In this document: positions 27,677 to 36,363 of the stretch, one piece after another | Numbering within the stretch: position 1 is the first letter of the stretch | Layout: each line of letters starts with the position of its first letter | Assembly (NCBI GenBank): GCA_001002135.1 | Contig: LCLP01000001.1 | Location: 8,417 to 72,416 of the forward strand | Direction: 5' to 3' | Length of the DNA stretch: 64,000 nt | Source of the DNA: Candidatus Pacebacteria bacterium GW2011_GWA1_46_10 | Lineage (GTDB): Bacteria; Patescibacteriota; Microgenomatia; UBA1400; PJMF01 | Translations under genes and position numbers: made by a program | Notes under the pieces: generated by a model | Told to the model about the DNA's origin: nothing | Databases searched by the model: none | Seen by the model: only the letters and a program-made list of their open reading frames with translations

Positions 27677-27994
27677 TTACTTTCGCTCGTAACTCTCCAC
27701 TACTTGTTTGCAATACAGATATTGACCGTACTCAACCGCTTTTTGTTGGAATGACGGTTCGCTTTCATCAACTTGTACGCTCTCACCGAGCACTTTTTTG
27801 GTCTCTGTCCCGAGTTCTTTCGCTTTTTCGGCCAGGCCACCTAAACTCTCCCGCGCGGTTTGCTGAAGGTCTTGGACCGCTTCTTTTGGCAAGGAGGCAA
27901 CTTCTTCAGCCAGAGAAATGTTGTTGCCTTGAGCGTAGACGTAAACAGCAGTCGCAGCCCCAATGATAGCAATGAGCGCGATGATTTTTTTCAC
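27677..27994 (-). CDS. Hypothetical secreted or membrane-anchored helical protein
   Basis: N-terminal signal/anchor, tail QYLYCKQVVESYE, and a TATACT-N6-GTG start. Confidence 0.65.
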   Translation of the reverse strand: MKKIIALIAIIGAATAVYVYAQGNNISLAEEVASLPKEAVQDLQQTARESLGGLAEKAKELGTETKKVLGESVQVDESEPSFQQKAVEYGQYLYCKQVVESYERK

Positions 27995-28053
27995 GTTTTG
28001 AGTATAACGGTTTTGACGGGCAGTGGGCAGTTACTCTAAATTTGGAAGTGGAG

Positions 28054-29271
28054 TTATTCGTAACGCAGCGCCTCAATCGGGGAAAGCCGTGAGGCTCGTC
28101 GCGCCGGCGCTACCCCAAAGATAATCCCGACCACGGCTGAAACACCAAAAGCCAGCAACACTGCGCCTACCGTCACTTGTGCCGGGAAAAAGGCTTGCAA
28201 ACCCAGGGAGCCAAGGTAGGCGAGCGCCAGGCCAATTAAGCCGCCCGTGACGGACAACAAAGCTGACTCGATCAGGAACTGAAACAGAATCTGATTTGGT
28301 GTGGTACCCAAAGCTTTGCGCAGACCAATCTCACGCGTTCGCTCGGTGACTGACACCAACATGATATTCATAATGCCAATGCCGCCAACCAGTAGTGAAA
28401 TAGCGGCAATGCCGCCCAAGCCGGCAGTTAAAACCCCCAGAATACTGGTAATGGTGTTGAGAATTTCGGTCTGGTCAAAGACGCTAAACTCATCATCGTC
28501 TAGTCTCTCTGACAAAACATCTTCGATGGCACCGATGGCTGTTTGAATCTGGTTTTGGTCTTTGATTTTGACCACAATTTCCAAAATAGTTTGACTGTCG
28601 TAGAGATCAAAACCGGTTTCCAGCGGGATGTAAATATAGGTATCAAAAGATAGTCCACCGAAGGTGCCGCCTTGCTTTTCAGCTACACCCACCACTTTAA
28701 AAGTCTGGGTGCCCAGTTTGATGTTTTTACCGATCGGATCGATCTTGCCAAATAATGTATCCGCAATATCCCAACCGAGGACGGCTACCCGTTCCTTCCC
28801 CTGATCTTCAGTTTTGCTGAAAAACCGCCCTTTAGCCGTCCGGATATTGAGCATTTCTTCGTACTGATACGTCGTGTTGATGACACTAATGTTTTCCGTT
28901 TCGCCGCGGTAGCTGGCGGTATCAGCCTGCGAATTAAAGGGTATAGCAAAAGCGACGTGCTCACGGATACGCTCGATATCAGCGACGTCGCCCAAGCGTA
29001 ACTTATTGTTGCCGATGGCATTGATTTGCGAATCTCGGTCAAAGCCACCGCCCTCGCCGAAAACGTCTCCCGGGAAAACAATCACGTTATTGGAGCCCAG
29101 TGACTCAAACTCCTCGGTAATATACGCCTGTAAACCAGTCCCAATCGAGTTTAGTAAAACAACTGATGAAACGCCGATAATGACCCCTAACATGGTCAAA
29201 AAAGCCCGGCCCTTATTGACGATGATAGCTTTAAGAGCGACCAAAAACGTATTTTTTAAATTCATGTTCAT
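28054..29271 (-). CDS. MacB/FtsX-family ABC permease
   Basis: RAFLTMLGVIIGV, GGIGIMNIMLVSVTERTREIGLRKALG and PARRASRLSPIEALRYE. Confidence 0.93.
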   Translation of the reverse strand: MNMNLKNTFLVALKAIIVNKGRAFLTMLGVIIGVSSVVLLNSIGTGLQAYITEEFESLGSNNVIVFPGDVFGEGGGFDRDSQINAIGNNKLRLGDVADIERIREHVAFAIPFNSQADTASYRGETENISVINTTYQYEEMLNIRTAKGRFFSKTEDQGKERVAVLGWDIADTLFGKIDPIGKNIKLGTQTFKVVGVAEKQGGTFGGLSFDTYIYIPLETGFDLYDSQTILEIVVKIKDQNQIQTAIGAIEDVLSERLDDDEFSVFDQTEILNTITSILGVLTAGLGGIAAISLLVGGIGIMNIMLVSVTERTREIGLRKALGTTPNQILFQFLIESALLSVTGGLIGLALAYLGSLGLQAFFPAQVTVGAVLLAFGVSAVVGIIFGVAPARRASRLSPIEALRYE

Positions 29272-29993
29272 ATTTTCATTTTTCCGTCGACGATTTTGCC
29301 ATCAATCAGACTAATATGTTGCTTAGCAATGTCTGCGACATCGTGTTCATGGGTGACCATGATGATGGTGCGGCCCTCTTTACTCAGTTGTTGCAGGATT
29401 TTCCTTACTTCTTCGCCGCTTTTGGAATCCAAGTTGCCGGTTGGTTCATCGGCAAAGATGATGGAGGGGTTATTGACCAGCGCTCGGGCAATGGCCACTC
29501 GTTGTTGTTGACCGCCCGATAACTGTGATGGCGTGTTATGTAATCGATCACCCAAACCGATCTTTTCCAGCATCACTTTAGCGCGCTCCAGCCTGGTTTT
29601 CTCATCGATGCCGGCGTAAACCAAGGGGAGCGCCACGTTTTCTAAGGCCGAAGTTTTGGCCAGCAAATTGTAGTTTTGGAAGACAAAACCAACTTCGCTG
29701 TTACGCAAATGCGCTCGCTCGACTTCGTTGTATTTAGTGGTATTTTTGCCATTAATCAAAATATGGCCGCTGGACGGAGTGGCCAGAATGCTGGCAACTT
29801 GCAAAAACGTTGACTTACCCGATCCGGAGGGACCCATCACCGAGAGGAAGTCACCTTCACGGACCCTGAGCGACACGCCGTCTAAGGCTTTGATCGTTTG
29901 AGTGCCGACCTCATACACCTTGGAGACGTTTTGTAACTCTAAGATGATTTTCTTGGTTGAACTTGATTTTTTTGACCGTTTGCTTTGAGGCAT
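29268..29993 (-). CDS. ABC ATP-binding protein (LolD/MacB type)
   Basis: GPSGSGKST, GFVFQ, LSGGQQQRVAIARAL and ADEPTGNLD. Confidence 0.94.
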   Translation of the reverse strand: MPQSKRSKKSSSTKKIILELQNVSKVYEVGTQTIKALDGVSLRVREGDFLSVMGPSGSGKSTFLQVASILATPSSGHILINGKNTTKYNEVERAHLRNSEVGFVFQNYNLLAKTSALENVALPLVYAGIDEKTRLERAKVMLEKIGLGDRLHNTPSQLSGGQQQRVAIARALVNNPSIIFADEPTGNLDSKSGEEVRKILQQLSKEGRTIIMVTHEHDVADIAKQHISLIDGKIVDGKMKI

Positions 29994-30002
29994 TACATTC
30001 GA

Positions 30003-31046
30003 TTATTCGGGCAACAGTATTTCGTCTGACTCTGATAAGCCGCTCAAGACTTCTACTTTTTCGTCCGTTTCCAGGCCAAGCGTGATTTCTCGCTCCTCGT
30101 ACTCTTGCGGGCCGGTTCGCACGTCAACATACGTTTTACTATCACGCTCACGAGTGGCAATCAGCGGAATGGTCAGTGCGTCGGCTTTTTCAGTCAGCTT
30201 GATATCGACATCGCCGTTCATGCCGAGTCGATATTTTTCCAAGCCACTGAGCGTCTCAATCGGCAGTTCGACGATAAACACAGTCCCGCTGGTATCAGCG
30301 GTACTCAGGTAAGAGATATAGTTAACCGAAGAGTTGATACTTTCGCCTGGATAAGCGTCCAGTTCAATGACGGCGGTTTGACTAAGTTGAACATCGGCAA
30401 TGTCTGCCTCGTCGACCAGCGCCCGGAAAACAAGCGTATCGGGATTAACGATCAGAAATTTATCGGTGGCGGCAAGAGTTACCCCACTGACGTTAGTGGG
30501 TGACTGAACTAAAGTACCATTGATCGGTGAAGACATGACGGTATTGGCTACCGCGATGGCCGCAATCTCTACGTCGAGCACGGTGTTACTGAGATCGAGT
30601 TGGTTTTTATCTACCGTCCGCTCCTCGGCTTTATCAATAGTGCGGTCCTCAATGTCGTCCAGTTGTTGATCCCAATCGAGTCGTTCCTTGGAGTAAAGGT
30701 TGAGGTTTTTTTCTTGAGTTTTGGCCAGGCTCGCGGCATCGATTTGGGCGATGGTTTGCCATTTTTTGACTTGGTCGCCTTCTTTGGCGCCTAAGTACAC
30801 GACTTTACCGCCGGCCAGAAAGTGCATCGAGGCTTTTTCTTTGGCGTCTACCGTGCCAGAAACTGCTAGGGTTTTAATCAGTGTTTCGCGAGTGGGTGAA
30901 ATGAAAGTGAGTTGTGCTTGTCGTTGAGAGCGTGCGTAGACGAATCGGCCGACGAGTAACAAGACTATCAGCACGCCAATCACCCACCACCGCCTAAGTT
31001 TCCAGATTTTTTTGAGCTTTTTGACCAAAAGTTTGACGAATTTCAT
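30003..31046 (-). CDS. MacA-like efflux adaptor (membrane fusion protein)
   Basis: N-terminal TM helix, lipoyl half-motifs (GGKV..KEGDQV; SPINGT), VDEADI and VEVLSGL. Confidence 0.88.
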   Translation of the reverse strand: MKFVKLLVKKLKKIWKLRRWWVIGVLIVLLLVGRFVYARSQRQAQLTFISPTRETLIKTLAVSGTVDAKEKASMHFLAGGKVVYLGAKEGDQVKKWQTIAQIDAASLAKTQEKNLNLYSKERLDWDQQLDDIEDRTIDKAEERTVDKNQLDLSNTVLDVEIAAIAVANTVMSSPINGTLVQSPTNVSGVTLAATDKFLIVNPDTLVFRALVDEADIADVQLSQTAVIELDAYPGESINSSVNYISYLSTADTSGTVFIVELPIETLSGLEKYRLGMNGDVDIKLTEKADALTIPLIATRERDSKTYVDVRTGPQEYEEREITLGLETDEKVEVLSGLSESDEILLPE

Positions 31047-31055
31047 GAAAGCCTA

Positions 31056-31088
31056 TTTTAATCCAGGCAGAGTTTTTAATCCAGGCAG
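31056..31088. repeat. 15-bp direct repeat upstream of the MacA-like gene
   Basis: TTTTAATCCAGGCAG at 31056-31070 and 31074-31088. Confidence 0.85.
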
Positions 31089-31106
31089 TTTTTATCAGAA
31101 ACAGGG

Positions 31107-31180
31107 TGCGTGCGCTAGGACTCGAACCTAGAACCACCAAGGTATAAGCTTGGTGCTCTAACCAATTGAGCTACACACGC
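31107..31180 (-). tRNA. tRNA-Ile (anticodon UAU)
   Basis: Cloverleaf GCGTGTG-TA-GCTC(AATTGGTTA)GAGC-A-CCAAG(CT TAT AC)CTTGG-TGGTT-CTAGG(TTCGAGT)CCTAG-CGCACGC-A. CCA is not encoded. Confidence 0.93.
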
Positions 31181-31265
31181 AGGTCAATTAAAAGTGAATA
31201 GTTAAAAGTTTATAGAGTCTATTAACTATTAACTATGGACTTATTGCTTGCCTTGGAATTATAGC

Positions 31266-32021
31266 CTACAGGAGCAAGAGGAGGAGGGCGCCGACGCCAA
31301 GCGTGGCGATGCCAACCTGTAAATACCGCAACCAATCTGCTGGACCGGCAACTGGGAGTTCCTCTGGGATTTCCGGTTGAGTAGTGGGTTGAACAAGAGT
31401 TGGTCGGGCGCCACTAGTAGCTGCTGTTTCTTCGCCGGTTTGTTGGTTGATGGTGACATTAACACTGGCAGTGCTGGTGGAGTTAGCGCTGACGTTGACG
31501 TTCACGTCATTATCTTCTGGAGTGGGAGTAGGAGTTGGTTCTTCTGTTGGTGTTGGTGTAGGAGTGGGCTCTTGACAACAACTAGCGATGGACGGATTGG
31601 CGACACAAGCGGCCTCAAACTCTGGTTGAGCGCAATAAGTGTTGCCGTTATCAGCGGTGATACAAGTTAAACCATCCAGACAGTCGGCGTCAGTGTCGCA
31701 GGGACCGTAGCCACAAGCGGCCTGGGTTGTCACCTCGGAAACAGTAAAAGTCAGAGTGCAATTGGACGTTTGTTGAATGGCGGCCTCCGGGCGCGATTCA
31801 GGCACGTTCGGCGCCACTGGTCCTTGGGTGAGAAATTGTTTTTGCGAGATCAGCACACCAATAAAACCAAGGAAGAAAAACCCAGCTAAAGCCAGCACGC
31901 CGCTGATCAATTTCCAAGGAGAGATTGAGTTATTGGCGGGAGTCTGAGCCTTAACCGTTTTTACTATGGTTGGCTCTTTTTTCCTTGGAGCGGCTGGTGG
32001 GTTTTGATAAGTGTTCTCCAT
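31266..32021 (-). CDS. Cys-rich, Pro/Thr-linker surface protein with LPxAG-like C-terminal anchor
   Basis: N-terminal TM helix, Cys-rich module, PTPTPT linker, then ELPVAGP and a terminal hydrophobic helix. Confidence 0.78.
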   Translation of the reverse strand: MENTYQNPPAAPRKKEPTIVKTVKAQTPANNSISPWKLISGVLALAGFFFLGFIGVLISQKQFLTQGPVAPNVPESRPEAAIQQTSNCTLTFTVSEVTTQAACGYGPCDTDADCLDGLTCITADNGNTYCAQPEFEAACVANPSIASCCQEPTPTPTPTEEPTPTPTPEDNDVNVNVSANSTSTASVNVTINQQTGEETAATSGARPTLVQPTTQPEIPEELPVAGPADWLRYLQVGIATLGVGALLLLLL

Positions 32022-32030
32022 TAGTTTTGA

Positions 32031-32897
32031 TTAGTTTTGGGTACAAACAGTTGGTGTATAACTTTCCCAGTTACACTCAGCGGTGGTGCCGCCATCTGGA
32101 CAGACGGCGCACTGGACAGCAAAGTCACCAGTTGAAGGAATGGTGTAACTGATATTGCTACTGCTAGTGGTGTATTGGAGTGGTTCGTTGTGGTACTCGC
32201 TACCGCACGGCCCCCAAATTCTGAATTGATAGTGATAACCGTCAGGCAGCGCGATGTTAGCCGAACAAGTGAAGCCGACTGTGTCACCTGGAGCTAGGCC
32301 GGCATCGTCGTTACCAGAGAGAACGATGGGATTGCCATCATTGGGGTCATACATCCCGATGTCGTAACACATCGGTCCACCTGGCAGCGTGGGGGTAGGG
32401 GTGTGGGTAGGAGTGGGGGTCGGAGTATGAGAAGGAGTTGGCGTTGGTATACGGGTGGGAGTGGGTGTTCGAGTCGGTCTTGGAGTGGGGGTAGGAGTGG
32501 GTGTTGGGAGAGTGTCCCCTGGGAAACAACCATCGCTACTACCGCAAACGTAGCCCGGCACGCAACAGGTCATCCCGAAGCCTTGCCAGTTAGTGCAGTA
32601 ACTTCTTCCTTGAGCCTCGCAAGAGGCTTTAATAGTGTCGTCACACTCAGTGCCGGTACAGGCGTCTCCACCAAGACAGTGACAGTTTTCTGGCTGACCT
32701 CCACAAGCGTTTGGGTCACCGATCGTACATTCGTAGTTTTCATCATAAGCTGGACCAGCGGCTTGTTGGCGCAAGTCTTGACTGATTCGGGAAAGGTAAA
32801 GCCCTACTGCTGCGCCAATCAGGAGCATCAGTAATAAAGCTCCCCCGAGGAGGAGTGAGCGGGTTCGTTGGGCAGTTGAGGGAGTAGGGTTGGCCAC
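32031..32897 (-). CDS. Cys-rich, Pro/Thr-linker surface protein
   Basis: TM helix plus QDLRQQA, two Cys-rich modules separated by a long PT repeat, and no C-terminal anchor. Promoter TTGACC-18-TATGCT upstream. Confidence 0.78.
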   Translation of the reverse strand: MANPTPSTAQRTRSLLLGGALLLMLLIGAAVGLYLSRISQDLRQQAAGPAYDENYECTIGDPNACGGQPENCHCLGGDACTGTECDDTIKASCEAQGRSYCTNWQGFGMTCCVPGYVCGSSDGCFPGDTLPTPTPTPTPRPTRTPTPTRIPTPTPSHTPTPTPTHTPTPTLPGGPMCYDIGMYDPNDGNPIVLSGNDDAGLAPGDTVGFTCSANIALPDGYHYQFRIWGPCGSEYHNEPLQYTTSSSNISYTIPSTGDFAVQCAVCPDGGTTAECNWESYTPTVCTQN

Positions 32898-33044
32898 TCG
32901 GTTGCTTTCAGCTATTGGTGCTGAGGAATAGCATACAGAGGTTTTCTGGCTAGGGTCAAGCAGACTGATCTCAGTAGCAGTTTTGGTTTGGAAAAGAAAT
33001 GAGCGCGGTTTTGTCGCCCAGCTTGTCGGTTAGTGACTGTCAAA

Positions 33045-33863
33045 CTAAAGGAAGAGCAGCAGTAGCGCGCCGGCGCCAAGGACACCCAGGCCGATCTGCA
33101 GGTATTTCAGCCAATCTTCCGGACCGGTTTGGGGCAGTTCACTAGGGAGAGTGGGTTGACCGCCGGTAGTGGTACTAGTGCCGCCGGTACTAGTTCCTTC
33201 ATTGAGGGTGACGTTGGCCTCAGCATTGCTGGACGAGTCAGCAGTAGCAATTATGTTAGTGTCGTCGCCACCACCACCGACACCATCACCTGGTGTGGGG
33301 GTTGGTTCCACTGTAGGTGTTGGTTCTTCTGTGGGTGTCGGAGTAGGAACATTACTCGGCGTTGGGGTTGGAGTGAGGGTTGGTGTATGAGTGGGGGTAG
33401 GAGTTGGTGCGGCGTCCTCAGTTGTTCGGCAAACACAGTCGCCATCCGACTGTGCCCGGCAAGTGCCGTAGGGCGCGTTGTTACCACAGCGATCGCCGGG
33501 ATCTTTGCCCTGACATTGAGCGGCAGAGCCTGGGCCGCAACCGCCGCTGGGTATGGGAGTGGGAGTGGTGATCGGGTGTTCATACACTGATGCCTGTTGA
33601 CGTAAATCCTGGTTGAGTTTAATGAGATATAAACCGACGCCGCTGCCAATGACCAGCAGCAGTAAAAGCGCCCCGGCTAAGATATATTTACCAGACAGTT
33701 TGCCTTTCTTTTGCGGTGGCGGGGTGGAATCAGCTGTTTGACCTGCTGGAGTCGGTTGATCATTGACCGCCGGAGTTTGTCCGGGATCAGTTGGCAGATC
33801 ATCCGGCAGATTTGGTGGCAACGGTGAAACTGGTGAAGGTGAAGAGCCAACGACGTTGATCAT
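33045..33863 (-). CDS. Cys-rich, Pro/Thr-linker surface protein with LPQTG sorting-like motif
   Basis: Pro-rich N-terminus, TM helix plus QDLRQQA, six-Cys module, PT linker, then ELPQTGP and a hydrophobic tail. Confidence 0.78.
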   Translation of the reverse strand: MINVVGSSPSPVSPLPPNLPDDLPTDPGQTPAVNDQPTPAGQTADSTPPPQKKGKLSGKYILAGALLLLLVIGSGVGLYLIKLNQDLRQQASVYEHPITTPTPIPSGGCGPGSAAQCQGKDPGDRCGNNAPYGTCRAQSDGDCVCRTTEDAAPTPTPTHTPTLTPTPTPSNVPTPTPTEEPTPTVEPTPTPGDGVGGGGDDTNIIATADSSSNAEANVTLNEGTSTGGTSTTTGGQPTLPSELPQTGPEDWLKYLQIGLGVLGAGALLLLFL

Positions 33864-34099
33864 AGAAAGTATAATTTTCTTCTAAGCTAAAATAGTACGC
33901 TATTTGCTAGAGTTTAGTAAAGAGTTAATTAATAGCGCTCACCAGCCCAAATTTGTTTTAATCAGTGTAAGCTGCAACTAACCTCTTATTGACTGGACAG
34001 CTGGTGCTGTTGGCCAAGGCCGACGGGGTTAATCATAAAGTGTGAATGCTTGCGTTGTTTACTACAGCTGTGCGATAGTTTCAAAGTTATGATGGGGTT

Positions 34100-34774
34100 A
34101 TGCAACTAAACTTATTAAAATTTAAAGTTTTGTCAAATTTTGCTTTTCTGCCTTGGGTAAAACGGAGCTTTATTTTTTTACGTCTCGCCAGTTGTCCGTT
34201 TATGGAGTTGATAACTTACCTACCAAAGAAAGGCAAGTTACTTGATGTTGGCACTGGGTTCGGATTATTGCCTTTATTACTTAAACAGCACAACTCCCAA
34301 TTGCAAATTATTGGTATTGATCCAGATGCCGAGCGCATTAAGCTGGCTCGGCAAGCCAATCAAAATCTTAGTAATTTTCAGTTTCAAGTAGGCACAGTAC
34401 TAGATCTAGACTTGCGACAAACTTTTACAGTCGCAACCTTGGTGGATGTTTTGTACTTACTTCCCCAAAGCGAAAAAATAAAAACCATTCAAGCAGTGTA
34501 TCGATTACTTGAACCAAATAGTTTGTTAGTCATCAAAATCAATGACAAATCTTTTAGTCTCAGCTATTTTTTCACTTGGTTGCAAGAAAAAATGACGGTA
34601 CAGATTTTTAAGGAAACCACTACCAATTTCCCTGGTTTATATTTTGAAAATGCGGCGGAAGTGAGCGAACTGTTGGAAAACAATGGTTTCCAAGTACAAA
34701 AAAGGGTGAAACTTAAAACTCCGTTCCCCTTTTTCCACCCGCATTGGTTAGTGGTTGCACAAAAGAAAAACTAA
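34100..34774 (+). CDS. Class I SAM-dependent methyltransferase
   Basis: LLDVGTGFG, IGIDPD, DVLYLL and LLEPNSLLVI. TATGAT-N6-ATG. Confidence 0.88.
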   Translation: MQLNLLKFKVLSNFAFLPWVKRSFIFLRLASCPFMELITYLPKKGKLLDVGTGFGLLPLLLKQHNSQLQIIGIDPDAERIKLARQANQNLSNFQFQVGTVLDLDLRQTFTVATLVDVLYLLPQSEKIKTIQAVYRLLEPNSLLVIKINDKSFSLSYFFTWLQEKMTVQIFKETTTNFPGLYFENAAEVSELLENNGFQVQKRVKLKTPFPFFHPHWLVVAQKKN

Positions 34775-34785
34775 TAACATGAGTT

Positions 34786-36339
34786 TTACCGAACATTCAT
34801 TACCAAAATCGGCGTTTGGAAAGAACCGATGGTTTTTTCCAAAATGAAGGTCTCGCCGTAATAGTTTCGATTAATTTTTTCCTCAAAACTAGTAAAGCAG
34901 TCATTGATGGAAAAATTGCTGTTTACCTGATGACAAATTACGTACAGAGTAACCAAGTTAGTTTTCGATCGGCGGGTAGCTTTGCTGGTTTCAGGATCAA
35001 TATCCACCAGATATTCTCCAGTCAATTTTTCCAAATTGTACCAGTAATAAGAGGTTTCCCAACCATAAGGGTCGTAGTGACTGATGGCTAACAGGTCAAT
35101 ATCAGTAAGAGGCAATTGTTTTTGATGGGCGTCATTTAAGATTCCTGTGGCTGCTTGACGAGCAGCGGTGATAGTGGATGCGCCCGTCAGTCTCATACTA
35201 GTCAAATTAGTTTTAAGTAAAAATGCTGATAAAAAAATAATTGCTATGACAAAAACTGTGTTTTTTAATTGACCCAATAATGCACTCAACCAGAGTAATA
35301 AAAAGGGAGTGACAACCAATAAATAAGCGCGCGAAAATATGGGAAGTGTTTCCTGAATTAAAATAGCTATCAAAACGGCAGGCAGGAAGCTGAAAAGAAA
35401 TAGTAAAATTATTCCCTTGCTATGAGCTTTTAGGGTTTTGTTGAAATTTGCCAATACTGCGGCACTGATAAAAAAAGCGAAGAAAATGATGTCGTTTTTA
35501 GTTTCTGAAGATGGGAAATAAAGAAACACTTGCTTGAGGCTCAGAGTTAATCGTTCACCTAATTTCGAAGTAGCTATGGCTGTCTGTGACTGCTGATAAT
35601 ACTGGCCGATTATTTGAAATCTGGCCCAGTCATATTTCACTTCGACTAATAAAATGGGCAAATAAATTGCCACTGCCCCTAAAGTGAAGATAATTATTGC
35701 TCTGATTGGTTTAGCGAGATTTTTTAATTCACGAACAAAAAGAATAGCCTTGAGGGGTATGAGTAGGTACATGGGTGGATAAAACTGGGTAGCTAGTAAA
35801 CTGATGAGAACGGCACTGATAAAAAAATTTTCTCTTTTACCTTGCTTGAAAAGGGCGAATAAATAGAGAGCAATTGTGTCAAAAAAAATGGCAATAACAG
35901 GTTGTGAGGCCCAAGTGGAAGTGTAGAGCATGGTGGGCAAAAAAAGGGCTAAGACGAGGACAGCCATGCCAGTTTTTTGATTGAAGAAGATGCAAGCTAT
36001 CCGATAAAGAAAATAAGCTTGTAATAAATTAATGACAGTAAAAATCAAAATATATCCTTCTGGAGTTTGTAGTCCAATGAGATAAATTAAAGTTAGAAAA
36101 TAGTATCCCAATGGCGAGTTATGTAAGAGGTATTTATCGTCAGTATCTAAAGCACTAATTTCTCCCAACTCTGGAAATTTACCATATTTAATCAGGCGTT
36201 CCGCCGTCAGTAGTTGCACTCCCTCATCTCCGGCAATTGTTTCGAAATGGCTCCAATTGATTAATCTAAAAACAGCGCCGATTAAAAAAAACAGCCCGAT
36301 AATTATTAAAGTTTTGTTTTTTAAAATAATTTTTACCAT
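34786..36339 (-). CDS. ArnT/PMT-like (GT-C fold) glycosyltransferase
   Basis: TM1 followed by the GDE acidic motif, HNSPLGYY, many TM segments and a soluble C-terminal tail. Confidence 0.75.
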   Translation of the reverse strand: MVKIILKNKTLIIIGLFFLIGAVFRLINWSHFETIAGDEGVQLLTAERLIKYGKFPELGEISALDTDDKYLLHNSPLGYYFLTLIYLIGLQTPEGYILIFTVINLLQAYFLYRIACIFFNQKTGMAVLVLALFLPTMLYTSTWASQPVIAIFFDTIALYLFALFKQGKRENFFISAVLISLLATQFYPPMYLLIPLKAILFVRELKNLAKPIRAIIIFTLGAVAIYLPILLVEVKYDWARFQIIGQYYQQSQTAIATSKLGERLTLSLKQVFLYFPSSETKNDIIFFAFFISAAVLANFNKTLKAHSKGIILLFLFSFLPAVLIAILIQETLPIFSRAYLLVVTPFLLLWLSALLGQLKNTVFVIAIIFLSAFLLKTNLTSMRLTGASTITAARQAATGILNDAHQKQLPLTDIDLLAISHYDPYGWETSYYWYNLEKLTGEYLVDIDPETSKATRRSKTNLVTLYVICHQVNSNFSINDCFTSFEEKINRNYYGETFILEKTIGSFQTPILVMNVR

Positions 36340-36363
36340 TTAGAGGATTCTCGCTCACTAATT

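Noticed and set aside
31197-31236. AATAGTTAA/TTAACTATT inverted repeat with a short TAACTAT tandem in the tRNA-Ile leader
   Set aside because: Short and AT-only, so plausibly chance or a simple leader hairpin. Not enough to call a feature.
31500-33420. GGAGTGGG/GGTGTGGG-type repeats as a CRISPR array or DNA-level tandem repeat
   Set aside because: They are degenerate codon repeats encoding Pro-Thr linkers inside ORFs, with no constant repeat plus unique spacer pattern.
32403-33649. Long opposite-strand or alternate-frame ORFs over the PT-rich genes, and similar shadow ORFs over rpsA, the SurA-like gene and valS
   Set aside because: They fully overlap better-supported genes and are explained by low-complexity or biased codon usage.
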